Below are positions 1-10,900 of a stretch of 64,000 nt of DNA, piece after piece (position 1 is the stretch's first letter; each line of letters starts with the position of its first letter). The position numbers and the translations under genes were made by a program. The DNA comes from an uncultured Chloroflexia bacterium (GTDB lineage Bacteria > Chloroflexota > Limnocylindria > Limnocylindrales > CSP1-4): positions 511,863 to 575,862 of the forward strand of contig CAVPRZ010000004.1 of assembly GCA_963708065.1 (NCBI GenBank), written 5' to 3'. The notes beneath the pieces were generated by a model that saw only the letters and a list, made by a program, of their open reading frames with translations, made no database searches and was not told where the DNA came from.

Positions 1-1259
1 GTCTCCGCGTGCGACAGCGCGTCGCGATACGGTCGATCGGACGACATCGCGTCGAGCGCGTCGGCGACGGCCACCACCCGGGCGCCGAGGGGGATCGCCT
101 CGCCGGCCAGGCCCTTCGGGTAGCCCGAGCCGTCGAACGCCTCGTGGTGGTGGAGGACGATCTCCGCGCCCGATCGGAAGAGGTGGAACTGACCCAGGAT
201 CCGCGAGCCGATCTCGGTGTGGAGCCACATCGTCGTCTGCTCCTCGGCCGTGAGCGGACCCGGCTTGAGGAGCACCCGGTCGGGGACGCCGATCTTGCCC
301 AGGTCGTGGACCGATGCGGCCTGCTCGATCAGCTCGACGAGATCCTCGTCGAGGCCGAGCTCGGTGGCGATCGCGACGGCGTGACCCGCGACTCGCGCCG
401 AGTGGCGGAACGTCGAGCTGTCCCGGTCGTCGACGACCTGGGCCAGGCTGCCGACCGCCGAGCGGGTCTCCCGTTCGAGCTGGCGGATGTACTGGAGAGA
501 TCGGGCAATGACCGCGCCGGGGATCGCCAGCAGCGTCGTCCAGAGCGGCTCGATGACCCAGATCAGCGCGAACAGGACGCCGATCACGCCCGCGCCCGCC
601 TCCGCGAACACCGTGCTCCGGCCGTTCGTCCGGATGAGGTACAGCAGCGGCCGCCCGGTCGACAGGGCGACGATCGCGCTCATCAGCACGTCGTTGACCA
701 GGTGGTAGACCAGCGAGACGACGACCACCATCGTGACCAGCGCCAGGTGGTCGCGCTCGGCGATGAGGACCCGCGGATCGCCGATCAGGCTGACCGCCAG
801 CGAGGCCAGCGAGATCGTCAGGACATGGCACGCCGTGTTGAAGGCGATCCGCTGGATCGGCCGGCGGTGGATCAGCTCCTCGACGAGGACGGCGAACCCG
901 ACCGAGATCGCCGCGAATGGGGCCGGCACGAGCAGGATCGTGGCGATGTGGCCGATCGTCGCCACCGAGACCTCGCCACCGCGGGGCAGCTCGACGGCGA
1001 TGAACTCCAGGACGATCGAGAGGACCGTCAGGACCGCGAAGGCCCAGGTCCACGATCCATCGGTGGATGCCCAGGTCGCCCGGGGCAGGAACAGGCTCGC
1101 GAGCGCGGACAGGCTGAGGAGCGTGATGAACCGCGGGACGTCGAGCCGGAGCCGCGCCCGCAGCCAGGCCGCGGCGCGCTCGGGGAGCTGCGCGCCGATC
1201 CGCGGTCGTGGCCGGGACGTCTCGTGGGAGAAGCTCAAGCGAATCCTCGTCGTCGCCAC
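1..1259 (-). CDS. Membrane-bound HD-GYP cyclic dinucleotide phosphodiesterase (runs off window start)
   Basis: Manual minus-strand translation gives HHHEAFDGSGYPKGLAGEAIPLGARVVAVADALDAMSSDRPYR and an upstream VHDLGKIGVPD motif; multi-TM N-terminus; in-frame GTG at 1259. Confidence 0.9.
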   Translation of the reverse strand, partial: MATTRIRLSFSHETSRPRPRIGAQLPERAAAWLRARLRLDVPRFITLLSLSALASLFLPRATWASTDGSWTWAFAVLTVLSIVLEFIAVELPRGGEVSVATIGHIATILLVPAPFAAISVGFAVLVEELIHRRPIQRIAFNTACHVLTISLASLAVSLIGDPRVLIAERDHLALVTMVVVVSLVYHLVNDVLMSAIVALSTGRPLLYLIRTNGRSTVFAEAGAGVIGVLFALIWVIEPLWTTLLAIPGAVIARSLQYIRQLERETRSAVGSLAQVVDDRDSSTFRHSARVAGHAVAIATELGLDEDLVELIEQAASVHDLGKIGVPDRVLLKPGPLTAEEQTTMWLHTEIGSRILGQFHLFRSGAEIVLHHHEAFDGSGYPKGLAGEAIPLGARVVAVADALDAMSSDRPYRDALSHAE

Positions 1260-1484
1260 CCGAGAGCGGCGGACGACCGAGCCACGCCGGCACCACGAGC
1301 CGGTCCATTGCACCGCTTCGAGTACGGCCCGGGCAGCCCCACGAAAGTCCCATCGGAGTTCCGTGACCGAGCGTGCGGCGGTGCGTCCACGCCCCGCCTC
1401 GAAGCCAACTCGCAGCGATCCGCTCTACCATCGCTCCCGCGCAGGCTGCGTCACGGGACCGGCGCGCAACCCGTCCGGGGTCCG

Positions 1485-2051
1485 ATGATCGAGAGCTTCC
1501 TCAATTCGACGCCGTGGCTGTGGCCCGCCCTGGCCCTGGCCGTATCGATCAGCCTGGTCCTGTTCCGACCGCTGGCCCGCGCCCTGCACGCCCCGCGGGC
1601 GGTCGCCTTCCTGATCCTGCTGGGCCTCGGCGGGATCGTGGCGCTGACGCTGACCCCGCGCGAGGACGCGTTCTCGCTGTTCAACGTCCAGGACTGCTTC
1701 GTCCGATGGGTCCCGCCGATCGGGGTCGGCCGGGTCCTCAACCTCGGCGAGCGCGGCCTGAACGTCCTGCTCTTCCTCCCGCTCGGACTCGGACTCGGTC
1801 TGCTGCCCCGGTCGCGAGCCAAGCTGGCGCTGGTCGCCGGCGCGCTCGCCCTCCCGTTCGTCGTCGAGGGGGTCCAGTACCTCGCGCCGGCCCTGGACCG
1901 GAGCTGCTCGACGGTCGACCTCGTCGACAACCTGACCGGCCTGCTGGTCGGGCTGGTGGTCGGGCTGGTGGGCCGGTTCGTCCTCTCCCTCGCCGAGCGG
2001 GGCAGGCGGGGACCCGCCGCGACCGAGCTCGAGGCAGGCGACCGCCTGTAG
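1485..2051 (+). CDS. VanZ-like membrane protein
   Basis: Hydrophobic helices; LNVLLFLPLG, VEGVQ and DLVDNLTG motifs typical of VanZ family; real start is ATG 1485 inside track ORF 9..2051. Confidence 0.75.
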   Translation: MIESFLNSTPWLWPALALAVSISLVLFRPLARALHAPRAVAFLILLGLGGIVALTLTPREDAFSLFNVQDCFVRWVPPIGVGRVLNLGERGLNVLLFLPLGLGLGLLPRSRAKLALVAGALALPFVVEGVQYLAPALDRSCSTVDLVDNLTGLLVGLVVGLVGRFVLSLAERGRRGPAATELEAGDRL

Positions 2052-2115
2052 ACCCTGGTACCCGGCAGGACCTTCGGGGGTCGGACGGCCCGGCCGGCGC
2101 TGCTACGCTCGCCGC

Positions 2116-2541
2116 ATGGATCGGGGGTTGCGCACCCTGGTCTTGATCGTGGCCGTCGTCGTGGCGGCCTGCGGGAGCGCGGGCGGGAGCCCCTCCGGCC
2201 ATGCCGCGAAGGCGACCGCGAGGGTCGCCACGCCGAAGCCGCTCCCGACGATCGCCATCGCCAACGGGCTGTCGGTCAAGGGCGCCGGCTCGGCGTCAAG
2301 CTCCTCGGCGACGCTCAAGGGCGACTACGTCCTCAGCACGAGCATCAAGACGAAGAAGGGCTGCAGCTGGTCCGTCCGGCTCCAGGGCCTCGCAAAGCCG
2401 GTCCTCGACAGCGGCTCGGCCAAGGGCGGCGGGACCCATCGACTGTCGGTCGACGCCCTGGGCGTCGAGCAGGGCAGCTACCGGCTCGTCGTCAAGACCT
2501 CGAAGTGCGGGACGTGGTCCGCGGTGCTCAAGCGGCCGTGA
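2116..2541 (+). CDS. Hypothetical lipoprotein
   Basis: Signal peptide ending VAAC; Lys/Ser-rich beta-strand domain; TGnTACGCT -10 box 6 nt before ATG. Confidence 0.7.
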   Translation: MDRGLRTLVLIVAVVVAACGSAGGSPSGHAAKATARVATPKPLPTIAIANGLSVKGAGSASSSSATLKGDYVLSTSIKTKKGCSWSVRLQGLAKPVLDSGSAKGGGTHRLSVDALGVEQGSYRLVVKTSKCGTWSAVLKRP

Positions 2542-2567
2542 GGGAGCGCTCATGCCACTTGTGAGAG

Positions 2568-2642
2568 TGGTGAGCCGGGCGGGATTCGAACCCGCAACCA
2601 AATGCTTAAGAGGCACTTGCTCTGCCGTTGAGCTACCGGCCC
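2568..2642 (-). tRNA. tRNA-Lys (CTT)
   Basis: Cloverleaf GGGCCGG-TAGCTCA...CT-CTT-AA...GGTTCGAATCC...ACCA. Confidence 0.95.
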
Positions 2643-2677
2643 GCGGGGATCGTAGCGCATCCCGCGCTCGGACGACC

Positions 2678-4215
2678 TCAGCCGGGCTGGTTGTCGATCT
2701 GCGCCTTCTGGAGGCGGCCCGAGTAGTCGACGTAGATCGACTTCCACTCGGTGTACGTGTCGAGCGCCGCGTGGCCGGCCTCGCGGTGGCCGTTGCCCGT
2801 CTCCTTGATCCCGCCGAACGGCAGGTGGGTCTCGGCGCCGATCGTCCCGGCGTTGACGTAGACGATCCCGGTCTCGAAGTCGCGCATCGCCCGGAACGCG
2901 GTGTTCACGTCGCTCGTGAAGATCGACGACGACAGCCCGTAGCGGGTCTGGTTGAGCGCGGTCACCGCCGCCGGGTAGTCCGGCACGGGGATGACCGACA
3001 GGACCGGCCCGAAGATCTCCTCCTGGGCGATCCGGTCCATCGGCTTGACCGCGGCGAAGATCGTCGGCTCGAAGAAGTGACCGCGATCGAGCCCGTCGCC
3101 GGTCGCCCGTCGCCCGCCGGTCACGAGCTCGCCCTCGCGCCGGCCGATCTCGACGTACGAGCCGACCTTGTCGACCGCGGCCGCGTTGACCAGCGGCCCG
3201 ACGTCGGTCGTCGGCTCGAGGCCGGAGCCCAGGCGCAGGTCGCGCGCGCGTCGCTCGAGGCGCTCGAGCAGCGGCGCGACGACCGCCTCCTCGACGATCA
3301 CCCGCGAGCAGGCCGTGCAGCGCTGGCCGGTCGTCCCGAAGGCCGACCAGACGATCCCGTCGGTCGCCAGGTCGAGGTCGGCGTCGGCCAGGACGACGAT
3401 CCCGTTCTTGCCGCCGAGCTCGAGGCTGAGCCGCTTGAGCCGGCGGCCCGCGAGCTGGGCGATCCGCCGGCCGGTCGCCGTGTTGCCGGTGAAGCTGATG
3501 ACCGGCACGTCGGGGCTCGTCGACGAGCGCGTCGCCGACCTCGCCGCCCGGGCCGGTCACGAGGTTGACCGTCCCGGGCGGGAAGCCTGCCTCGGCCATG
3601 AGCTCGACGAGCAGCGTGGCGCAGTGGGGCGTGTCGCTCGAGGGCTTGAGCACGACGGTGTTGCCGGTCACGAGCGCCGGCATCATCTTCCAGCACGGGA
3701 TGGCGATCGGGAAGTTCCAGGGGGTGATGATCCCGGCGACCCCGAGCGGCTGGCGGACGCTCATCGCCCACTTGTCGGGCAGCTCGGACGGGGTCGTGTC
3801 GCCGAACATCCGGCGGCCCTCGCCGGCCATCAGGAAGGCGATGTCGATCCCCTCCTGGACGTCGCCGCGGGCCTCGGCGAGGACCTTGCCCATCTCGCGG
3901 GTCATCGCCCGGGCGAGCCGCTCCTTGTGCTCGGCCATGAGCGCCCCGAAGCGGTAGAGGATCTCGCCGCGCTTCGGGGCCGGCGTCGCGCGCCAGGCCG
4001 GGTAGGCCGTCTCGGCGGCCCGGATCGCCCGGGCGGCGTCGGCCGCGTCGGCGGCCTGGAAGCGGCCGATCACGTCGCGGGTGTCGGCCGGGTTGACCGA
4101 CGTCGAACGTCCGGCCGGTCGCCGACTCGACCCACTCCCCGTCGATGAACAGCCGCTGGAGCGGCGGCTCCGCCGAGCCGGCCGGCCCGGTCGCGGTCGT
4201 GGCGGTGTCGGTCAT
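2678..4215 (-). CDS. NAD(P)-dependent aldehyde dehydrogenase (frameshifted near 4100 and 3510)
   Basis: ITPWNFP, FTGNT, LELGGKN, FGTTGQRCT and EEIFGPV motifs spread over three frames. Confidence 0.9.
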
Positions 4216-4216
4216 C

Positions 4217-5461
4217 TCACACCCTCTCGAACGCCATCGCCACCGAGCCTCCGCCGCCGAGGCAGAGCGTGGCCAGGCCGTAGCGGCCCTGCCGCCGCCG
4301 GAGCTCGTGGAGGAGGGTCGCCACGATCCGCGCGCCGCTCGCCCCGATCGGGTGGCCGAGGGCGATCGCGCCGCCGTTCACGTTGACCTTCGACCAGTCG
4401 AAGCCGAGCTCGCGGCCGTCGGCCAGGACCTGGGCCGCGAAGGCCTCGTTGATCTCGACCAGGTCGAACGCCTCGATCGGGAGGTCGATCCGCTCGAGCA
4501 GGCGCCGGACGCCGGTGATCGGGGCGAGGAACAGCCACTTCGGCTCGACCTCGGCCTGCGCGTAGCCGACGATCCGGGCGAGCGGCTTGAGGTCGAGCTC
4601 CTCGACCGTCCGCTCGCTGACGACGACCGTGGCCGCCGCGCCGTCGGTGATCCCCGGGGCGTTGCCGGCGGTGACCGACCCCTCGGGCGCCGGACGACCC
4701 GGCTCCGGCTCGGGGAGCGCGAACGCGGGCCGCAGCCTGGCCAGCGCCTCCGGCGACGTGTCGCGACGCGGGCCCTCGTCGACCGCCACGACGGTCTCGC
4801 GGCCCTTGGCGTCACGGACGGTGACCGCGACGAGCTCGGCGGCAAAGCGCCCCTCGTCGATGGCGGCGATCGCGCGACGGTGGCTCTCGAGGGCGAACGC
4901 ATCCTGGTCCATCCGGGTCACCCCTTCGTGCGCCGCGACCCGCTCGGCGTGGGTGCCCATGTGGCAGTCCTCGATCACGCACCACAGGCCGTCCGCGATC
5001 GTCGCGTCGCGGACGACGCCGTCGCCGAGCCGGTAGCCGAAGCGGGCGTTCGGCAGGAGGTACGGGGCGAGGTTCATGTTCTCCATCCCGCCGGCAACAA
5101 CGACCTCGGCATCGCCCGCCCGGATCTCCGCGGCCGCGAGCATGATCGCCTTGAGCCCCGAACCGCAGACCCGGTTGATCGTCGTGGCGCTCGTGGTGAC
5201 CGGCAGGCCGGCCCGGAGCGCCGCCTGGCGGGCGGGTGCCTGCCCGACGCCGGCCTGGAGGACCTGGCCCATGAGGACCTCGTCGACGGCCGTCGCCTCA
5301 CCGAGATCGGCCTGCTGCAGCGCGGCTCGGATGGCGACTCCGCCCAGCTCGACCGCCGGGGTCGTGGCGAACGCCCCGCCGAACTTGCCGATCGGCGTTC
5401 GCACGGCGCTGACGACGAAGACGTCGCCGTTGGGGTTGTGAGGTTCGCGCTGGGAGCTCAT
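4217..5461 (-). CDS. Acetyl-CoA C-acyltransferase (thiolase)
   Basis: INRVCGSG, NEAFA, GHPIGASG and LCLGGG motifs. Confidence 0.95.
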   Translation of the reverse strand: MSSQREPHNPNGDVFVVSAVRTPIGKFGGAFATTPAVELGGVAIRAALQQADLGEATAVDEVLMGQVLQAGVGQAPARQAALRAGLPVTTSATTINRVCGSGLKAIMLAAAEIRAGDAEVVVAGGMENMNLAPYLLPNARFGYRLGDGVVRDATIADGLWCVIEDCHMGTHAERVAAHEGVTRMDQDAFALESHRRAIAAIDEGRFAAELVAVTVRDAKGRETVVAVDEGPRRDTSPEALARLRPAFALPEPEPGRPAPEGSVTAGNAPGITDGAAATVVVSERTVEELDLKPLARIVGYAQAEVEPKWLFLAPITGVRRLLERIDLPIEAFDLVEINEAFAAQVLADGRELGFDWSKVNVNGGAIALGHPIGASGARIVATLLHELRRRQGRYGLATLCLGGGGSVAMAFERV

Positions 5462-5614
5462 CGGTCGAATCTACGCTCTTGCGGTCGCACGCCACTGGAC
5501 CTAGTGTCCGCCTGACGACAGTTTCGCGGTACGCAGTGCGCTAGGAGAGGGCGCCGGAGCGACCTAGGCTCCGACGAAAGCACGGGCAGACTGTCCGCCT
5601 CGGGAGGTACACGG

Positions 5615-6772
5615 ATGAACGCAGCGGAGATGTCGGGCGAGGGCCTGGCGATCCAATTCGATCCGGAAGAGACGTTCGACGCCGCGATCGTGGTCAGCGA
5701 TCCGACGACCGACGCGCTGCGGAAGAGGATCGCGGCAGCGGGTCCGCTGCGCGTGCGCCTCGGCTCCGATGACGACACGAGCGGCAACGCGCTGGCGATC
5801 AGCGGCGACGCCGTGACCGTCCAGGTCTACCTCGATGACGATGACACCGAAGGTCACGCGATGACCCTACGGTTCCCGTCGGCCCAGGACGCCGCCGAAT
5901 TCCGGCGCAAGGTCCTCCTCACGGGCGCCCTGGCGGCGACGATCGCGGTCGGCGCGACGGCGATCAACGTCGGCGCGCTGTCACCGTCGATCGGGGCGCC
6001 GGCGCCACAGGCCGTGACGACGTCGGCCTCGCTCCACGGCGACGAACTGGCGGGCGTGCGGGCCCCGGTCAGCGTGACCGTCACCCCCGCGACCCACGGC
6101 GACGAGCTCACCGGCGTCCGTGTCCAGCCCGACCGGGCGACGCACGGCGACGAGCTCGCGGGCATCCGGGCCCAGGTCGCTCCGGCCACCCACGGCGACG
6201 AGCTGACCGGCGTCCGGACCCCAGCGACGACGAGCGTGACCCCGGCCACCCACGGCGACGACCTGACCGGCGTCAGGACGCAGTCGACGACGGCGGCCAC
6301 GCCGGCCACCGGCGACGAGCTCATCGGCGCCCGGACCCAGGCCGCGATCCCGTCGATCGCCACTCCCGCTACCCCCGCAACCCACGGCGATGAGCTCGCG
6401 GGCGTGCGAACGCCGACCGTGACCCAGGCCGCGCCGGCCACCGGCGACGAGCTCATCGGCGCCCGGACCCAGGCCGCGATCCCGTCGGCGGAGACGTCGG
6501 CCACGCTCCACGGCGACGAGCTCGCGGGCGTGCGAGTCCAGGCACCGGAGACGTCGGCGACGCTCCACGGCGACGAGCTGGCGGGCGTCCGGACCCAGGC
6601 CGAGACCTCGGCGTCGCTCCACGGCGACGAGCTGGCGGGCGTCCGGACCCAGGGCGAAGAGACATCGGCGACCGGGCATGGCGACGAGCTCATCGGAGCG
6701 CGGACCCAGGCCCCGGTGAGCGACGACGAAGGCACGAACCCGGCTCCTGGAAACAACTTCCGCGGCCGCTGA
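5615..6772 (+). CDS. Hypothetical single-pass membrane protein with 12 (H)GDEL-x-G-x-R repeats
   Basis: GGAGG RBS before ATG; acidic N-domain, one hydrophobic helix, repeat region; downstream hairpin. Confidence 0.8.
   Translation: MNAAEMSGEGLAIQFDPEETFDAAIVVSDPTTDALRKRIAAAGPLRVRLGSDDDTSGNALAISGDAVTVQVYLDDDDTEGHAMTLRFPSAQDAAEFRRKVLLTGALAATIAVGATAINVGALSPSIGAPAPQAVTTSASLHGDELAGVRAPVSVTVTPATHGDELTGVRVQPDRATHGDELAGIRAQVAPATHGDELTGVRTPATTSVTPATHGDDLTGVRTQSTTAATPATGDELIGARTQAAIPSIATPATPATHGDELAGVRTPTVTQAAPATGDELIGARTQAAIPSAETSATLHGDELAGVRVQAPETSATLHGDELAGVRTQAETSASLHGDELAGVRTQGEETSATGHGDELIGARTQAPVSDDEGTNPAPGNNFRGR
6030..6710 (+). repeat. 12 imperfect intragenic repeats (core CACGGCGACGAGCT.GCGGGCGT.CG) with variable Thr/Ala/Pro linkers
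   Basis: Counted directly in DNA and protein. Confidence 0.9.
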
Positions 6773-6791
6773 CCTGACCCCAGCGCCGCCC

Positions 6792-6821
6792 GACGCGCCG
6801 TCTCGCCCGAGACGGCGCGTC
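6792..6821 (+). terminator. Strong hairpin downstream of the repeat protein
   Basis: GACGCGCCGTCTC-GCCC-GAGACGGCGCGTC, perfect 13-bp stem; no U-tract. Confidence 0.6.
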
Positions 6822-6898
6822 ACCCTGTCCGGCGCGATTCGGGTCCGGACCGACTGGGGCAACCGCCAGGTGAGCGCGGCGGGTCATGATCGCCGGCG

Positions 6899-7672
6899 AT
6901 GAGCGACATGCGGCTCGGGGCTGCCTTCCGTTCGGTTCGAGTCCGCGGTGGCAGGCGCCAGGCCGACGTCGCTGCGGCCGCCGGCGTCTGTGCGACGACC
7001 GTATCGCGCATCGAGCGAGGGCGAATCAGCGGAACGACTCTCGACACGTTGCGCGCAGTTGGATCGGTGCTGGAGCTGCGGATCGACGTGGTGGCTCGCT
7101 GGCGAGGGGGCGAGCTGGACCGATTGGTCAATGCCCGCCACTCGGCGCTCCACGAAGCGTTCGCGGCCCGGCTCGAGCGGTCTCCCGGATGGGCCGTTGC
7201 GCCCGAGGCGTCCTTCTCGATCTACGGCGAGCGCGGGGTGGTTGACGTCCTCGCCTGGCACGGTGCTTCGCGGATGCTCCTCGTCGTCGAGCTCAAGTCC
7301 GAGCTGGTCGACATCCAGGAGTTGATCGGGACCCTGGACCGCAAGCGCCGGCTCGCGCCAAGGATCGGCCGAGAACGGGGCTGGGATCCGGTCGACCTCG
7401 CCGCGTGGGTGGTGGTCGCCGAGGGCCGAACGAATCGTCGCCATGCGGCCGCTCACCGCGCGGTGCTCCGGACGGCATTCCCGGACGACGGCCATCGGCT
7501 CCGATCGTGGCTGGCCAGCCCGGACGGACCGGTCAACGGCCTCTCATTCCTGCCATACGGTCACGGGGAAAACCTTCGCCGGGGGCTCGCGGCCCCGCAC
7601 CGGGTCCGAGTGACCAAATCGGCCCGGATCCGGCCCCGGTCCGTGTCAGACGGTCCTGGAATGACCGGCTGA
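6899..7672 (+). CDS. XRE-family HTH protein with C-terminal PD-(D/E)xK nuclease-like domain
   Basis: QADVAAAAGVCATTVSRIERG HTH; GVVDVLAW...LVVELK nuclease-like motif. Confidence 0.8.
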   Translation: MSDMRLGAAFRSVRVRGGRRQADVAAAAGVCATTVSRIERGRISGTTLDTLRAVGSVLELRIDVVARWRGGELDRLVNARHSALHEAFAARLERSPGWAVAPEASFSIYGERGVVDVLAWHGASRMLLVVELKSELVDIQELIGTLDRKRRLAPRIGRERGWDPVDLAAWVVVAEGRTNRRHAAAHRAVLRTAFPDDGHRLRSWLASPDGPVNGLSFLPYGHGENLRRGLAAPHRVRVTKSARIRPRSVSDGPGMTG

Positions 7673-7805
7673 CGGGCACGGAGGGCTCTTGGACCGGACA
7701 CGACCCGGCGAACGTTCGCGTCATGACCGGATGACAGGGGCGAGCGGCGCGGGCGCGTGGCCGGAGCGGGCGGAGTGGCGCGTGGCCGAGCGGACGAGAG
7801 AGCGC

Positions 7806-7890
7806 CGCGGGAGCCGAGCGCCTCGCGCGGGAGCCGAGCGCCTCGCGCGGGAGCCGAGCGCCGAGCGCGGGAGCCGAGCGCCGCGCGCGG
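7806..7890 (+). repeat. Intergenic tandem repeat, about 4 x 20 bp (GAGCCGAGCGCCTCGCGCGG)
   Basis: Units at 7811, 7831, 7851 and 7871, head-to-tail with no spacers. Confidence 0.9.
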
Positions 7891-7950
7891 GGGGCTGGCG
7901 ACGCACTGCCTCCACGTTCGCGGGCCGTTGGGCGAGCGTAAGATGCGCCC

Positions 7951-10900
7951 GTGGCCGAACCCGACGCGGCTCCGGCGCCGTATCGTCCCGACCCGCACGA
8001 GCCGGCAACCCTCGCCACGCTGCGGGTCGTGGCCGCCTCGGCCGACGACGCGTTCATCGTCACCGACCTCGAGGCGCGGGTCCGGGTCTGGAACGCCGCG
8101 GCGGAACGGCTGTACGGCATCGAGACCGGCGCGGCGGTCGGGCAGTGGATCTACGAGCTGACCGACGCCACGATCGTCGGCGAGGTCGACGTCCCGAACT
8201 GGCTCCCTCGCGAGATCGCCCTGGCGACGGGCGCATGGCACGGCCGGGTCGTCGAACGACCCCGGATCGGACGGGCGGTCGGTCGGGAAGTCGTGGTCGA
8301 GACCGCGCTCAGCCGCCTGGTCGACGAGGACGGTGAGCTGCTCGGCGTCCTCAACATCAAGCGCGACATCACCACCGCGTACCGGCTCGAGCGCGAGCTG
8401 GCGACCCTGGGCAGCCTGGCGACGGCGACCGGTCGAGCGCGGTCGCAGGTCGAGATCGCCGAGACGGCCATCGAGCTCCTGTGCACGGCCAGCGGAGCGC
8501 AGGTCGGCGCGATCGCCCGCCTCGAGGGCGACCAGGCGGCGATCGTCGCCAGCCGCGGCCTGGACGCCGCGACCCGTGCCAAGGTCGCCCCGATGGCCGA
8601 CCGCGACAGCCCGATCCTGGTGGCGATCCAGGCGCCCGGCACCGTGCTGGCCGGCCCGCTCGACGCGTTGTCCCTGAGCCCAGCCGGTCGATCGGTCCTC
8701 GCCGCGGTCGGGCTCGGTGCGATGGCCGCGGTCGGACTCCACCGCGGCGATGAGCTCATCGGCGCGCTGGCGCTCGCCTGGTCGGATGCGACCGACCCCC
8801 GACCATCGTCGGCCAGCCTGCTCCAGGCTGCCGCCCACGTCGAGCGAGCGCTCGAGAACGCTCGGCTCATCGAGGAGATCACCGCGCGGGTCGAGGCGGA
8901 ACGCGGCCTCCTCCGCCGTCTCGACGTGCTCGACGAGCTGACGGAGCTGGGCCTCGCCGTCCGGACCCCCGACGAGCTGGCCGACCGATCGGCTCGGCTC
9001 GTGCGCGAGGCGCTCCAGGCGTCCGGGATCGCCTACGGCCTGTTCACGGCCGACGGCTCCGCCTACGAGGCAACCCGCCTCGTCGACATCCGCTCGCCGA
9101 TGGCCGACTACCTCGCGAGCTCATCGCCCGCCGAGTGGCAGGTCTTCCGGCGCTGGGTCGCCGGCGAGGGGAGCATCTTCGAGGCCTATGAGCCCGGGCG
9201 GTTCGACGACGACGTCCTCGCCCTCGCCGCCGCCTCGGGGGTGACGGCATACGCGGCGATCCCGATCCGGGTCGATGGCCAGCTGGCCGGCGGCATCGTG
9301 GCCTACTTCGACCGGCCGGCCATGGAGCTGGAGGTCAGCCAGGAGACCCTCGACTCGGTTGCCCGGATCGTCGGGATCTCGCTGGCCAACTTCCGGCTCC
9401 GCGACCGCCTCGAGGCGTCCCAGACGCGCTACCGGAGCCTCTTCGAGCTGGCCCCGGATGCCTACGTGGTGTGCGATGCCGAACGCTGGATCGTCGATGC
9501 CAATGCCGCCGCAAGCGTCCTCCTCGGCCTGCCCCTCGACGAGCTGCGGGCGCGCCACATCGGCGACTTCCTGCGCACCGACGAGGCGACCCGGGCCTCC
9601 GCCCTCGAACTCATCGGCCGGGAGGGGCGCGGCGTCTTCGCCGGCCTCGGCTACCGGGCCGACGGGAGCCCGTTCCCACGCGAGGCCGAGGTCGCCGGGA
9701 TCGAGCTCGGTGACGAGCGCGGCTACCTCGTCCGGATCCGCGACCTGACCGAGCAGCAGCGCCTCCAGACCGAGCTCGTCCAGGCCCAGAAGATGGAGAC
9801 GGTCGGGATCCTCGTCTCGGGTGTCGCCCACGAGCTCAACAACCCGATCGCCTCCATCATCGGGCTGAGCACGCTCATCGGCCGTGACCCGACCCTGTCG
9901 GCCGACCTGCGCGAGAGCGCGACGCTCCTCGTCGACGAGGCGCAGCGAGCCGGACAGATCGTGCGGACGTTCCTCGACTTCGTCCGGTCGCGGCCCCCGG
10001 AGCGCCACCCGACCTCGCTCAAGCCGCTGATCGAGACCGTCCGCGAGCTCCAGTCGTACTCGCAGAAGGGCGGGATCACGTGGGTCATCGACGTCGAGCC
10101 CGGCCTGCCCCGGGTCGCGATCGACCGGTCGCAGATCCAGCAGGTCCTGATCAACCTGACCTCGAACGGGATCCAGGCGATCCTGGCCGACCGGCCGACC
10201 GGCCGGCTCGAGGTCACCGCCCGGCGCGGCCCGCCGTCCGAGACCGGACCGACCGTCCGTATCACCGTCACGGACGACGGCCCCGGCGTGGCCGCCTCGG
10301 ACCGGACGAAGCTGTTCGTGCCCTTCTTCACGACGAAGGCACCCGGCGAAGGCACCGGCCTCGGGCTGCCCGTCTCGTTCGACATCATCCGGCGCCACGA
10401 GGGCCGGCTCCGGTTCGAGCCGGGTCCGGGCGGTCGCGGCGCCCGCTTCGTGATCGAGCTCCCGGTCAACGCTCCGGCCCCGCGGTCCGGGAGCGCGGTG
10501 GCGCCTATCGCCGAGCCGCCGCCGGCCGGCACGGCGGTTCCCCGGCCGGGTCGACGGCGTGGCGGGCGTGCCCGGGCGGCCCCGGCCGCAGCCCGCCGGC
10601 CGCGGGCCCTCGTCCTCGATGACGAGGAGTCGATCCGCACGTTCCTGCGCAAGGCGCTGACGGCGGCCGGGTTCGAGACGATCGCGGTCGCCGACGGTGA
10701 GACCGCGGTGAGCGAGGTCCGCGCCGCCCCGATCGACGTGGCGCTGGTCGACCATCGGATGGCCGGGATGACCGGGATCGACGCGTTCGAGGCGGCCGTC
10801 GCCATCCGGCCGGCCCTCGCCGAGCGCTGGATCTTCATGAGCGGCGACGTGCTCAACCCCGACCTCAACGCCTTCGCCGAGGCGCGCGGGATCCCCCTCC

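Noticed and set aside
6030-6710. Repeat-plus-variable-linker pattern as a CRISPR array
   Set aside because: Repeats stay in frame and vary at synonymous positions, so they are protein-coding
7806-7890. 20-bp repeats as a CRISPR array
   Set aside because: Head-to-tail with no spacers, and no cas genes in the window
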